Below are positions 10,057-20,193 of a stretch of 64,000 nucleotides of DNA, one piece after another. The translations under genes were made by a program, and so were the position numbers. Source of the DNA: Myxococcota bacterium. Its GTDB lineage: Bacteria > Myxococcota_A > UBA9160 > SZUA-336. Each line of letters starts with the position of its first letter. Position 1 is the first letter of the stretch. The DNA is taken from positions 1,216,001-1,280,000 of the forward strand of contig CBDFGR010000002.1 of NCBI GenBank assembly GCA_965247115.1, written 5' to 3'. The notes under the pieces were generated by a model, which saw nothing but the letters and a program-made list of their open reading frames with translations, was not told the origin of the DNA and ran no database searches.

Positions 10057-10377
10057 GTGGCAAGAGCTCGCATCTCTGTGAATAGCAGTTCGCTCCACGG
10101 ACGCGGCGTATTCGCGCGGACAGCGTTCAAGCGAGGCGACTACATCGCCGCTGCCCGAGGCACGCGTACGGAAACGGATGGCCGCCATGTCCTGTGGGTA
10201 CTGGAAGACGCAGGCTCCTACCGCGGCGTACGGATCGTCAATTCGCTCCGCTTCCTCAATCACTCGCGCCAACCGAACGCCGAGTTCGAGGGCGCTGAGC
10301 TGTACGCGATCCGAGCGATCGAGCATGGTGAGGAGATCACCTTCGACTACGGGCACGAATTCGCACGTGAGACCTGA
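10057..10377 (+). CDS. Stand-alone SET-domain protein (lysine methyltransferase fold)
   Basis: HGRGVFA, RFLNHS..PN and GEEITFDYG motifs. Confidence 0.85.
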   Translation: MARARISVNSSSLHGRGVFARTAFKRGDYIAAARGTRTETDGRHVLWVLEDAGSYRGVRIVNSLRFLNHSRQPNAEFEGAELYAIRAIEHGEEITFDYGHEFARET

Positions 10378-10416
10378 TAGGCTGCACACAGCTGCCCGAG
10401 TCGGAGGTGTCATCTC

Positions 10417-10827
10417 ATGGATCGTCCAAAGCCCGGTGTCACTCTCACGATCCTGGCCCTGCTCTTTGTCCTCGTCGCCATAGAGAGCATCCTGAAGCCG
10501 TACGCCTCGGGCCCGGAGGCGGGATTCATGCTGCTCGGGTTTCGCACGGATGGGCTTCTGGAGGCGATCGTTGCCCGTGTGCACGCGGTTCTCATGCTCG
10601 GACTCGCCTATGGCATCTGGCGACTCAAGCGCTACGCGCTCTACTTCCTGTTGGTCTACACACCGTACATACTGGTGAATATCATCGTGTATACGTTCCG
10701 CTACGAGTGGTACTCTCCGGCCGCCCTCTCTGCTCCCGTATTCGCGGCCATCTGGACGTCCATCTCCCTCGGCGTGCCAGGCGGAACGGCCTATCTGCTG
10801 TCGCGGCGTCGCCCCGAATTGAGCTGA
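10417..10827 (+). CDS. Hypothetical membrane protein (about 4 TM segments)
   Basis: Hydrophobic segments; GGAGG RBS. Confidence 0.6.
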   Translation: MDRPKPGVTLTILALLFVLVAIESILKPYASGPEAGFMLLGFRTDGLLEAIVARVHAVLMLGLAYGIWRLKRYALYFLLVYTPYILVNIIVYTFRYEWYSPAALSAPVFAAIWTSISLGVPGGTAYLLSRRRPELS

Positions 10828-10865
10828 GTTTCACTGTAGGAACAGTGACAGACGGCGAATAGGCT

Positions 10866-11834
10866 ATGAAGGCCATCCTCCTCAGACGTTATGGCGATAT
10901 TGATGATCTGGAGTTCACTGAGGTTCCTGATCCCACTCCGCGTGATGATGAGATACTGGTTCGTATGCACGCTGCGGCGGCGAATGACTGCGCGCTGGGG
11001 ATCATCCGTGCCAAGCCAGCGTTCATGCGAATCTTTCTGGGACTCACAAAGCCCAATGTACCCATTCTGGGCGCAGACATGTCTGGTGTCGTGGAAGCCG
11101 TCGGTAACGAGACCTCTCGCTTTAAGCCTGGCGATGAAGTGTACGGCGATCTCAGTGGGGTGGGTTTCGGCGCCTTTGCAGAATATGTATGCGTGCCAGA
11201 ACATGCTATTCGCCTGAAACCGACCAACATCTCCCATGAGGAGGCTGCAACCGTACCGCATGCCACCGGTCTTGCGATTCAGGGTCTTCGAGAAATGGGG
11301 CAGCTCTCTGCTGGTCAGCGTCTATTGATCAATGGTGCAGGAGGCGGAGTAGGGGCGCTGGGTATTCAATACGCAAAGATGATTGGCGCACAGGTGACTG
11401 GCGTTGACAGTCCGGTGAAGCTCGACTTTATGCGCTCGTTAGGCTGCGATTCAGTCATCGACTATACTCGGGAAAATTTCACGAACATGGGACTTCAATA
11501 CGATCTGATTCTGGACAACAAGTCCTATCACTCTCCTGGTGCCTATGCGCGAGCATTGAACACGGGCGGTCGTTACATTTCCGTTGGTGGTTCAATGGTC
11601 AGGGTTTTTCAGATCCTGTTGGCGAGTCGTGTTTTTCGTCGTTTGAAACACAAACACCTTAATGTGCTGGGACTGAAGGCGAATACTGGCCTTGCAGACA
11701 TGACGGAATTGATTGAGACAGGAAAGATTAAGCCCGTCGTAGGCGAAACCTTTGCGTTGAACGACACTGCCCTCGCGCTACACGCGTATGAACAAAGTGA
11801 GCAGTGCGGCAGGATCGTCATTAGCGTTCACTGA
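10866..11834 (+). CDS. NAD(P)-dependent MDR-family oxidoreductase (quinone-reductase-like)
   Basis: LGADMSGVVEAVG, GAFAEY, LINGAGGGVG; visibly lower GC than flanks. Confidence 0.9.
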   Translation: MKAILLRRYGDIDDLEFTEVPDPTPRDDEILVRMHAAAANDCALGIIRAKPAFMRIFLGLTKPNVPILGADMSGVVEAVGNETSRFKPGDEVYGDLSGVGFGAFAEYVCVPEHAIRLKPTNISHEEAATVPHATGLAIQGLREMGQLSAGQRLLINGAGGGVGALGIQYAKMIGAQVTGVDSPVKLDFMRSLGCDSVIDYTRENFTNMGLQYDLILDNKSYHSPGAYARALNTGGRYISVGGSMVRVFQILLASRVFRRLKHKHLNVLGLKANTGLADMTELIETGKIKPVVGETFALNDTALALHAYEQSEQCGRIVISVH

Positions 11835-11840
11835 CGGAAA

Positions 11841-12569
11841 TCATGCTTTCTGGGTTTCAACAGCCCCCACATGCGGATCTAGATCGGTGTCCCCAGCGGC
11901 TTCAGGGTTTTGGGCATGCGTCGAGGTTCCCAGCTCGACTTCGCGAATCATGTCGCGATCCTCTTGATTCGACGAGGTCCAGAGCTCAAACATCCGACGC
12001 AGTGTCTCGATCCGGGGGCGATGCGAGTCCTCAACTACCTCGATTTCACGCTTCTCTGAACGCTCGCCGAAGAGGCTCTGAAGGTCGGTTCGCTTGATCA
12101 GTATGACTCTCAGCTTCTGGGTCTTCATCTCGCCGTAGCGCTCCCACGTCAGGCCAAAGAGAAATGCGTCGGTCTTGATTGGTATTCCGACTGCTCTGGC
12201 GACGAACGCGTCTGAGAAGCGCTCCGACAATACGTTCAGAACTGCATTCAGCACCAGGTCTCTGTCGCGCAGCTGAGCGATGCGCAGAAATGGCATCTCT
12301 CGGGTTGTCAGTCGCGCCGCCTTTAGGACCCGGCTGACCCCATACTCATTGAGCCATACATTGGACGCGCCGTCCTCTAACAAGGTTCGCAACAGCAGTA
12401 TCTGTGATCCGTCTCGTTCGACGGGTGTCGTCAGGGAGAAGTTGACCTGCTGGGTAAAGCGCCGGTGTCGCCAGTCATACTGGCGTCTGATCGAGACGAT
12501 ACTTATCACCGACCATGTTGCGAGCAACAGCGCAAGTTCCCAATTGTCCAGTACTAGATCGATATTCAT
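11841..12569 (-). CDS. Hypothetical protein with N-terminal TM segment
   Basis: 242-aa ORF, lower GC, no recognisable motif. Confidence 0.6.
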   Translation of the reverse strand: MNIDLVLDNWELALLLATWSVISIVSIRRQYDWRHRRFTQQVNFSLTTPVERDGSQILLLRTLLEDGASNVWLNEYGVSRVLKAARLTTREMPFLRIAQLRDRDLVLNAVLNVLSERFSDAFVARAVGIPIKTDAFLFGLTWERYGEMKTQKLRVILIKRTDLQSLFGERSEKREIEVVEDSHRPRIETLRRMFELWTSSNQEDRDMIREVELGTSTHAQNPEAAGDTDLDPHVGAVETQKA

Positions 12570-12616
12570 TCGTATGTCTACCCGAATTGCGTGGTCCGTG
12601 GACGTAGAATCGCCCC

Positions 12617-12772
12617 ATGCCCGCTGCCAAACGCCGCCTGGCTGCGACCATGTTCACGGACATCGTAGGCTACACGGCCCTGGTGGCGGAGAGCGAGGAG
12701 AAGGGGCTCGCAGCGCGCGAGCGGCACCGGGAGCTAGTCCGGCCGCTGGTCGAGAAGTGCTGTTGCCGATGA
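12617..12772 (+). pseudogene. N-terminal remnant of a class III adenylate/guanylate cyclase
   Basis: MPAAKRRLAATMFTDIVGYTALVAESEE..RHRELVRPLVEK then stop after 51 aa. Confidence 0.75.
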
Positions 12773-12894
12773 CCCCAAAGTGCTAGGCCGGATCGCGATA
12801 TGCTGGGACCTCTAGACCCAATCCCCCACCAGGAGTACGCCATGCCCCAGCTTTTTGATGGCGACATTCGGACACGCGAAGCTAAGAGGACCCT

Positions 12895-14103
12895 TTGCAT
12901 GCAGCGGTGATCGGCGGCTCACTGGGTGGGCTCAGTGCAGCCGTCGTTCTCCGGGACCGGGGCCTCGATGTAGACGTCTACGAGCGCTCCGACTCGACAC
13001 TCAAGAGTCGGGGCGCGGGAATCGTCCTGCACGAGGTCACCACGCGCTACCTGATCGAGAAGGGCGTGGTCGAGCTCGACGACATCAGCGCCTTTTCCCG
13101 GCGCACGCGCTACATCGACGCGCGCGGCGACACCGTCCACGACTTCGCGATCACGTACCGCTTCAGCTCCTGGAGCTCGCTGTACCGCGCCCTACTCTCC
13201 TGCTTCGATCGCGATCACTATCACCTTGGACACAATTTCGTGTCATACTCGGACGAAGGAACACAGGTTCGCGCCCGCTTTGAGCAAGGTCTTGAACTCG
13301 ACTGCGATCTACTCGTGTGCGCAGACGGAATTTCCTCAACTGCGCGCTCGACCCTGCTTCCCCAGGTGGTTCCCGTGTACTCAGGCTACGTGGGCTGGCG
13401 CGGCACGGTGAGCGAGGAAGAGCTCACGCCCGAAACCCTTGCCGCGCTGTACGAGACGATCCTCTATTGCGTACTCCCCGATGGTCACATGCTGGCGTAC
13501 CCCATCCCGAACGTGGATGGAAGCCTGAGCCAAGGCCAGCGGCTGATCAACTTCATCTGGTATCGCAACGTCGCCGCCGGCGAGGATCTCGAGGCGCTGA
13601 TGACCGACCGCTCCGGTGTACTGCGGTCGATCTCCATGCCCCCAGGCTCGGCCCGAGACGAGTTCGTGGACGAACTCCGCAGCGCAGCCGAAAAGCGTCT
13701 GCCGCCGATCTTCCGCGAGCTGGTCACCAGAACGCGGGAGCCGTTCATCCAGCAAGTTCTGGACGTCGAAGTGCCGCGCATGACGTTCGGGCGCACCTGC
13801 TTGATCGGCGATGCTGCATTCACCGCGCGCCCACACCCCGCGGCGGGCACGGCCAAGGCCGCGGACGACGCCTGGAGCCTGGGGCAGTGTGCAGGCGACG
13901 CGAAGTCCGATCTAGCAACGGGTCTGCGTGTTTGGGAAAAGCAGCGCCTGCAAGTCGGCTCGGAGCTGGTCGCGCGCGGCAAAGACATGGGGCGGCGCTC
14001 ACAGTTCGAAAACCGCTTCGAACCGGGCGACCCCTCGCTGGCGTTTGGACTCTACCGGCCCGGCGACTCGCGCCTACCCGCGGGGAATGCGGACTCGACT
14101 TAG
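12895..14103 (+). CDS. FAD-dependent monooxygenase (2,6-dihydroxypyridine 3-monooxygenase-like)
   Basis: VIGGSLGGL, ADGISS, YVGWRG, LIGDAAFTARPH. Confidence 0.85.
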   Translation: MHAAVIGGSLGGLSAAVVLRDRGLDVDVYERSDSTLKSRGAGIVLHEVTTRYLIEKGVVELDDISAFSRRTRYIDARGDTVHDFAITYRFSSWSSLYRALLSCFDRDHYHLGHNFVSYSDEGTQVRARFEQGLELDCDLLVCADGISSTARSTLLPQVVPVYSGYVGWRGTVSEEELTPETLAALYETILYCVLPDGHMLAYPIPNVDGSLSQGQRLINFIWYRNVAAGEDLEALMTDRSGVLRSISMPPGSARDEFVDELRSAAEKRLPPIFRELVTRTREPFIQQVLDVEVPRMTFGRTCLIGDAAFTARPHPAAGTAKAADDAWSLGQCAGDAKSDLATGLRVWEKQRLQVGSELVARGKDMGRRSQFENRFEPGDPSLAFGLYRPGDSRLPAGNADST

Positions 14104-14182
14104 ACTGCCGGGCCGCCCCTATCGAGGCAAGCCCGGGAAGAATCCCAGCTTGGGCTTGACGGTCAGGGGTATTATTACGGCC

Positions 14183-14605
14183 ATGGACATCCAGGAACTC
14201 AACCGGAAGGTGATCGAGGACTTTCGGGCGAACGGGGGAAAGCTCGAGGGGCAGTTCGCGGGAGCGCCGCTGCTGCTGCTGAATACGACCGGCGCGAAGA
14301 GCGGCCTGCCTCGGACCAATCCGCTCGCTTACGTGGCGGATGGCGACCAGCTCGCGGTCGTCGCCTCGTATGCGGGCGGTCCGAACAATCCGCCTTGGTT
14401 CTACAACCTCGTAGCGAATCCCGAAGTCGAGGTCGAAATCGGCCACGAGCGGTTCGCGGCCACGGCCCGAATCGCAGAGGAGCCGCAGCGCACGGAGCTG
14501 TACGGGAAGATGGCAGCGGCAATGCCTGTCTTTTCGGAGTATCAGGCCAAGACGGAACGTGTGATCCCGGTCATCGTGCTAACCCGCACACCGCTTCCTG
14601 GCTGA
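14183..14605 (+). CDS. Deazaflavin (F420)-dependent nitroreductase (Ddn family)
   Basis: IEDFRANGG, LLLNTTGAKSG, ASYAG..NPPWFYNLVANP, RVIPV. Confidence 0.9.
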   Translation: MDIQELNRKVIEDFRANGGKLEGQFAGAPLLLLNTTGAKSGLPRTNPLAYVADGDQLAVVASYAGGPNNPPWFYNLVANPEVEVEIGHERFAATARIAEEPQRTELYGKMAAAMPVFSEYQAKTERVIPVIVLTRTPLPG

Positions 14606-14662
14606 ACGGGGCTCGACCGGGAGCGTCAGGGGCGCGTCGGAAGCTGACTGAGGGGTCATGAC

Positions 14663-14996
14663 ATGAAGAGCGGGTTCCGGGTTAGACCGCGACATCCACC
14701 TGTTCGAGCCTGCGGAGTTTTGGGGCGAGTACATCGAGCCCCGTTGCCGGGAGCGCGCTCCCCGTGTCCCCAAACGGGGCTTTGGGGCGCTCGTATCGGT
14801 CGAACCCGATGAGACGCTCGCCGCGCACGCGATCGCGGAGGTCGGGGACGACTGCTTCGTCCTCTCGACGGACTGGCCGCACGATGACTCGGCCTACCCC
14901 CACGCGCTCGAGCACTTCCTCGAGCTGCTCATCTCGGATGAGGCCCGGCGGAAGATCCTCTGGGACAACTGCGCCCGCCTCTACGGCATTGCCTGA
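14663..14996 (+). pseudogene. Internally deleted amidohydrolase_2-family gene
   Basis: Frameshifted N-terminus (DRDIHLFEPAEFWGEYIEP) joined to C-terminus (STDWPHDDS..RRKILWDNCARLYG). Confidence 0.7.
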
Positions 14997-15045
14997 TGGC
15001 TCGTCTCACTGACCTCCGCGGCCGCGGCCATGGGGTCGGCCGTTC

Positions 15046-15368
15046 AATCATTGGTCGGGGCGGCCGGACTTGAACCGGCGACCTCCTGCTCCCAAAGCAG
15101 CCTGCGAGTGTTTTGGTGCGTTTGGCTTCGTTGGCCCGCGTGCTCTAACGCTCTGCTGCGTTTGAGGATTCCGACCCCGCGAGGTTGGCTCCGTTGGGCT
15201 ACGAGATCCTACGATTGGCGGAGTTCGCACCCCGATTCGCACCCAACGCGGGACCCCAGGCGGCGCGCATCCACTCCTCGAAGTCGCTGAGTCGGCGAGG
15301 CCGCGGACGAGGCGTAGTTCGAAGCCGAACTCGCAGAAAGCGACAGGGAATCGGGTTGGTGCAAGCTC
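15046..15368. repeat. 323-bp direct repeat, copy 1 (49-bp tRNA-Pro 3' fragment at 15052-15100 plus island arm); att site
   Basis: Identical by eye to 19712-20034; 15052-15100 equals 24955-25003. Confidence 0.92.
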
Positions 15369-15533
15369 GTCGGGCTGCGCTTCAACGGTCGACCGACCGC
15401 ACTCGTGGCAGAACTTCGCGGCTGAAGGCAGCTCCGTACCACACTGGGGACACGAGGTAGAGCAGCGTGTTCCACACTCCTGGCAGAAGTTGGCCGCGGA
15501 GGGGTTCTCATGCTGGCAGGCGGGACAGATCAA
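15369..15533 (-). pseudogene. Double zinc-ribbon N-terminal fragment truncated at the repeat
   Basis: CPAC..N...ANFCQECG..CPQCG....AKFCHECG; the frame then runs into the 323-bp repeat. Confidence 0.7.
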
Positions 15534-15970
15534 GGGCGAGGGCTCCGTGACGGGCGCATCTCGGCTCCTAGCTCTCCGGGAACCCGATGCGGCGCAGCAG
15601 GTCCCGGAAGCGGGGGTCGGAGCGCATGGGGTCGAAGGCGGCACTCCACCGAATTGAGGGTGTCCAGGAGCGCTCCTCGTAGGCTCGTTCGAGCCACTCG
15701 AAGGCGCGTTCCGTTTCTCCGAGGGCTGCCCACGCCTCAGCAACGTTGATGGGGTCGATGTAGCGCTCACCCGAGAGTGCGATCGCCTCGCGCAGCTCCA
15801 CCTCTGCCTCCGCGGTCTCGCCCACCAGGGCGCGATAGGCGGCCACGCGCGGCGATGGGCGTGGGGACATCGTTTCGATCTCTCGCACCTGGGCGACAGC
15901 CTCGGTCTCCCGCTCTAGGTCCAGATAGATCCAAAACAAAAAGATGCGAGGCAGGAGTCTATCGGGGTAG

Positions 15971-17376
15971 GGTCACGTCCGGTTCTTGCTGGAAACGCGG
16001 GACCGGGGATTGGCTTCGCGTGACGGGATGGCGGGAGCCTGACGGCGTTCGTGGTTCTGGTCAAGCTCTTCCCGAATCACAGAGAGCTGTCGGGCTTCAA
16101 AGGCGCTGATCGCGATGCCCCGCCAGGACTCGGCGCTCCGGATCAACGCAGCATACATCAGCTTCAAGACCGCACGCTCTCCGAAGGCGTGTACGACCGC
16201 CTTCATGCGACGGCGCTCTTCGAGGAAGAGGCGCTCGAGTAAGTTCGTCGTCCGAATCACGCGACGGTGTTTTACCGGGAAGCGCAAGTGGGCGATGCAG
16301 GCTTCAAAATCATCCATGAAGCACTGCACGGCCGTAGGTAACGTCTTCTCGTAGCGTCGGACCAGGTCGTCGCGCAGGAGACGAGCGACCTCTTGCGAGG
16401 GTCCCTCGTAACAGGCCTTGGCGTGGGCGCGAAACTCCGGCCAGTCGGGCTCGGAGATCTTGGAGGCGAGGTTGCGCATCCGATGGGCCAAACAGCGTTG
16501 TCGCTCCGCCCGGGGAAAGCACTCCTCGACCGCGCGGATCAGACCGGGGGCTCCATCCGTGACGACGAGGAGCGGATCCTCGAGGCCGCGACGTTTGAGG
16601 TCCTGGAAGAAGGCCGTGCAACTCGCCGTGTCCTCCTTCGTGCCCGGACTCAGGTGCAGGAGAACCTTCTCGCCCTCGTCGGTGATGCCCCAGGCACACA
16701 GCACCATCTCGCGACGCTGACCGGTGTGCAGGCGCTCGGCGACGCCATCCACGAACAGGTACAGGAGCTTGAACTCGGAGAGGTCCCGGGTCGCAAAGGC
16801 CTCGTACTCTTCCCAGAGCTGCTCCGTGACCTCACTCACGGCTGTCCGCGAAAGCAAGGACCGTCCGTCCTCGCCTCGAAAGGTGGCCTCGATGTCGCGG
16901 GTCGAGAGTCCTCTCGCGTACATCTCCACCGCCAGCTCTTCCAGGGCGCGCGTCCGCTTCTCGAGTTCGGGACGGATCCCGGAACGGAAGGGTTCGTCGG
17001 TGTCGCTCACCTGCGGAGCCCGGTACTCGATCGGACCTTCGGCGCTCTTCACCCGCGCCGGTCGCGATCCATTGCGGTAGCCCTTTTGCCCCTCGCGTCG
17101 CCGCGCGTAGTGGCCTCGGCCCAGGACATCGCTGACCTCGGCTTCCAGCGCCTCCTCGATGATCTTGCGCATCGCGAGCTGGAGCAGCCCCTCCAGGCCG
17201 TCTCCTTCCTCCAGCTCCTGGATCAGCTCACGGATCTTCTGGCTCGTCCTCTCGCTGCTCAGTACTCTCGTTGCCAAGGGGATGTCTCCTCGCGTGGCCG
17301 GAAGGTCCGGCGGGTTTTGTTTGATTCACGCGAGGTTGCATCCCCCCTTTGTTTCCAGCAAACCCCGGACGTCACC
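15971..17376 (-). mobile_element. IS256-family insertion sequence
   Basis: Imperfect 26-bp terminal IRs (GGTCACGTCCGGTTCTTGCTGGAAAC vs GGTGACGTCCGGGGTTTGCTGGAAAC); 8-bp TSD CGGGGTAG at 15963-15970 and 17377-17384. Confidence 0.92.
15973..17277 (-). CDS. IS256 (Mutator-type) DDE transposase
   Basis: YRNG, MYARGLSTRDI, LFVDG, VTDGAPGL, QRCLAH, RTTNLLER. Confidence 0.95.
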   Translation of the reverse strand: MATRVLSSERTSQKIRELIQELEEGDGLEGLLQLAMRKIIEEALEAEVSDVLGRGHYARRREGQKGYRNGSRPARVKSAEGPIEYRAPQVSDTDEPFRSGIRPELEKRTRALEELAVEMYARGLSTRDIEATFRGEDGRSLLSRTAVSEVTEQLWEEYEAFATRDLSEFKLLYLFVDGVAERLHTGQRREMVLCAWGITDEGEKVLLHLSPGTKEDTASCTAFFQDLKRRGLEDPLLVVTDGAPGLIRAVEECFPRAERQRCLAHRMRNLASKISEPDWPEFRAHAKACYEGPSQEVARLLRDDLVRRYEKTLPTAVQCFMDDFEACIAHLRFPVKHRRVIRTTNLLERLFLEERRRMKAVVHAFGERAVLKLMYAALIRSAESWRGIAISAFEARQLSVIREELDQNHERRQAPAIPSREANPRSRVSSKNRT

Positions 17377-19103
17377 CGGGGTAGAGCCCCACAGTCTGAG
17401 AGAGCTGCTCGAGCGCGAACTCAGAATCACCACTCAGATGCGCGTGCCAGCCCAGCAAGACGTTGGCACTCAAATCCAGCGGATCAAGCTCGCTGGCGCG
17501 GCGAAAGTAGGGCTCCGCCTCGTCGATCTGCCCGAGCATTGTGAGCATCAAACCGAGCCTGAATGCGCTGCGGCTGTCGTTGGGGTTGAGCTCGATTGCG
17601 CGCCGATACTGGTGCTCTGCTCCTTGGAAATCCGACTCGCCATACATCGACAAGCCGAGCGCGAGGTGTGCCTCGGGCAAGTTCTCGTCGAGCTCCAACG
17701 CCTTCAGCGCCGCCTCCCTCTGCAGCGGGATCATCTCGCGCGCCGGAGCCACGCCGAAAGCGTGTAGATACCACCGTGCCGTCGAGAGGCCAGAATGCGC
17801 CGGCGCGTAGTTGGGATCGAGCTCGATGGACCGTTTGAACGCCGCGGCAGCGAGCGGGAAGCTCCGCGGGTCGAACTGTGTCCACAGATGGTGCAACCCC
17901 CGGAGGTACGCCTCGTGCGCTTCGGGATCGACCCGACGAGTGCCGGCCAGCCGCGCCTGGTCCTTGGGCGTCAGCTCGACTTTGATCTGCTTGGCGACCG
18001 CCCGGGCGACATCGCTCTGTAGCGCCAGCACGTCCGACAGCTCGCGATCGTAGCGCTCGTTCCACAGGTGCGTATCGCTGCGCGCGTGAATGAGCTGAAC
18101 CGTGATGCGTACTCGGTCCTCCGCACGCATGACGGTGCCCTCGATCACTCCATCCACGTCGAGCTCCTGAGCGATCTCGGGTAGCGGCTTTCGCACGTCC
18201 TTGTATTGCATAACCGACGTTCGGGAGATCACGCGCAGCGATCCGATCTTTGCGAGATCCCCGATGAGAGCCTCCGTCATGCCGTCCGCAAAGTACTCCT
18301 GCTCGGGATCGCCTGAGAGGTTCTCCAGGGGAAGGACTGCGAGGGAGCGGATCGGAGCAGAGCTCGGGACTGTTGTGGGCTCGAAGGCTCCGAAGAACTG
18401 CGAGGCCGCTACAGCTGCCGCGCTCACCACTGCTGCGAATCCCACCACCAGGGCCGCTCGCCGCACTCTTCTCGGAGCAGTCGCTGGCGCTCCCGCCTCG
18501 ATCCTCACGCGGTACACTCGCACCGGATCGGGGATGTTCTTGACCTCTTGCTCGCCCAGATCGTCAAGGCCGAGGTCCAATCTGCTGTGTGCTACGTCGT
18601 AGACGGTGCCGGAGATGCAGATGCCGCCTGGTTCGGCCAGACCCTCCAGCCGTGCGGCGATGTTCACCCCATCCCCGTAGATCCGGTCACCCTCCGCCGT
18701 GATGTCCGCCAGATGCACCCCGATCCGAAACAGCATTCGGCGGTTCTCGGCCAGGCTCTGGTTGCGGACCTGCAGCACGCCCTGGACCTCTATCGCGCAC
18801 TGGACTGCATCGAGGGCATTGGGGAACTCCGCCAGTAGGTTGTCGCCGGGCGAGTCCACGACCCGGCCATGATGGTCAGCTACGAGGCTGCTGATGAGGC
18901 TGCGGTAGGCCGTGAGGGTCTGGATTGTGCCCTGCTCGTCCTCGGCCATGAGGCGCGAGTAGCCCGCGACATCGGCGGAGAGGATGGCAGCCAGCCTGCG
19001 CTCATGGGGTATTGGGAGAGTCTACTCCTGGGCGATTACGGCTGGTGAACCTGCAAAGAGGCTCCCGAGGCGGAGGGCCCTAAGGTGCGTTTCGGCTCGA
19101 CTG

Positions 19104-19637
19104 ATGGCTAGACGATCCGGACAGATCACACCGCGCGGCGAGCGGAAGTGGCTAGTCCGCTGGTTCGTCGGCAATGATGCGCACGGCAAGCGCAGGTACA
19201 CGTCTAAGACTGTCCACGGGACGAAGCGCGATGCCCAGAAGTACTTGAACTCCATACTGAGGAGTCAGGACCTGGGGCAGTACGTCGAGCACGGGCGCAC
19301 CCAGGCGGAGGCGGCGCTGAAGCTCGGGCCTGCATACAACCGCGAACTCGATCTCGTCTTCGCCAACGAGGTGGGAGAGCCGCTGGACCGCCGGAACTTG
19401 GTGCAGCAGCACTTCAAGAAGATCGTCAAGGAGGCGGGGCTTCCCGTGAGCCTTCGCCTCTACGACCTCCGCCACACTTGCTGCACGCTGCTGCTCGCCA
19501 CAGGCGTCAACGTGAAGGTGGTAGGCGAACGGCTCGGCCACGCCTCAGCGGCGATGACGCTCAATGTCTACGGTCACGTTCTGCCAGGGAGGCAGGAAGA
19601 GGCAACGAGGAAGCTCGAACGCGCACTGTTTGAGTAG
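19104..19637 (+). pseudogene. Tyrosine integrase with in-frame internal deletion
   Basis: Arm-binding-like N-terminus (GKRRYTSKTVHGTKRDAQ) joined directly to YDLRH..LGH..VYGH; core-binding domain and first catalytic Arg absent. Confidence 0.8.
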
Positions 19638-19711
19638 CCGAACACCGTTGCTATCGACGTTGGCACACTACGAGCTACGTGAGAGAACGGGACCAAGCCG
19701 TAACTCCCCGA

Positions 19712-20034
19712 AATCATTGGTCGGGGCGGCCGGACTTGAACCGGCGACCTCCTGCTCCCAAAGCAGCCTGCGAGTGTTTTGGTGCGTTTGGCTTCGTTGG
19801 CCCGCGTGCTCTAACGCTCTGCTGCGTTTGAGGATTCCGACCCCGCGAGGTTGGCTCCGTTGGGCTACGAGATCCTACGATTGGCGGAGTTCGCACCCCG
19901 ATTCGCACCCAACGCGGGACCCCAGGCGGCGCGCATCCACTCCTCGAAGTCGCTGAGTCGGCGAGGCCGCGGACGAGGCGTAGTTCGAAGCCGAACTCGC
20001 AGAAAGCGACAGGGAATCGGGTTGGTGCAAGCTC
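19712..20034. repeat. 323-bp direct repeat, copy 2 (tRNA-Pro 3' fragment at 19718-19766 plus island arm); att site
   Basis: Identical by eye to 15046-15368 (offset 4666). Confidence 0.92.
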
Positions 20035-20193
20035 AAGGGGTTGGCGAGAATTTCTTCGATCTACGGAAAAGAGCGTGTCTACGGGCTGTTGCGCCGCGAG
20101 GAGGCGCTCAACTCTTCGACCAGCACAGAATGCAGGCCAGCGACATGTCCGCCTCGCTGGCACTGCCGTAGTTGCCTCGGCACGCGGGGGCGT

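Larger units (their letters stand above)
15568..19005 (-). pseudogene. Adenylate/guanylate cyclase-TolB-like-TPR gene interrupted by IS256
   Basis: RRLAAILSADVAGYSRLM, GDGVNIAARLE, SLAVLPLENLS..YFADGMTE and TPRs; removing the IS restores ..VGLYP|DRLLPRIF..DPRFRDLLRRIGFP in frame. Confidence 0.85.

Noticed and set aside
15052..15100. Additional tRNA-Pro genes (also 19718-19766)
   Set aside because: Only the 3' 49 nt are present, with no D-arm or 5' acceptor strand; these are att remnants.
15030..15460. Short ORFs repeated at 15030/19564 and 15185/19851
   Set aside because: Translations of the tRNA fragment and att arm; no protein motifs.
19660..19677. TTGGCAC-N5-GAGC as a sigma-54 promoter
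   Set aside because: The -12 element lacks TT and no gene lies downstream; more likely an integrase-end motif.
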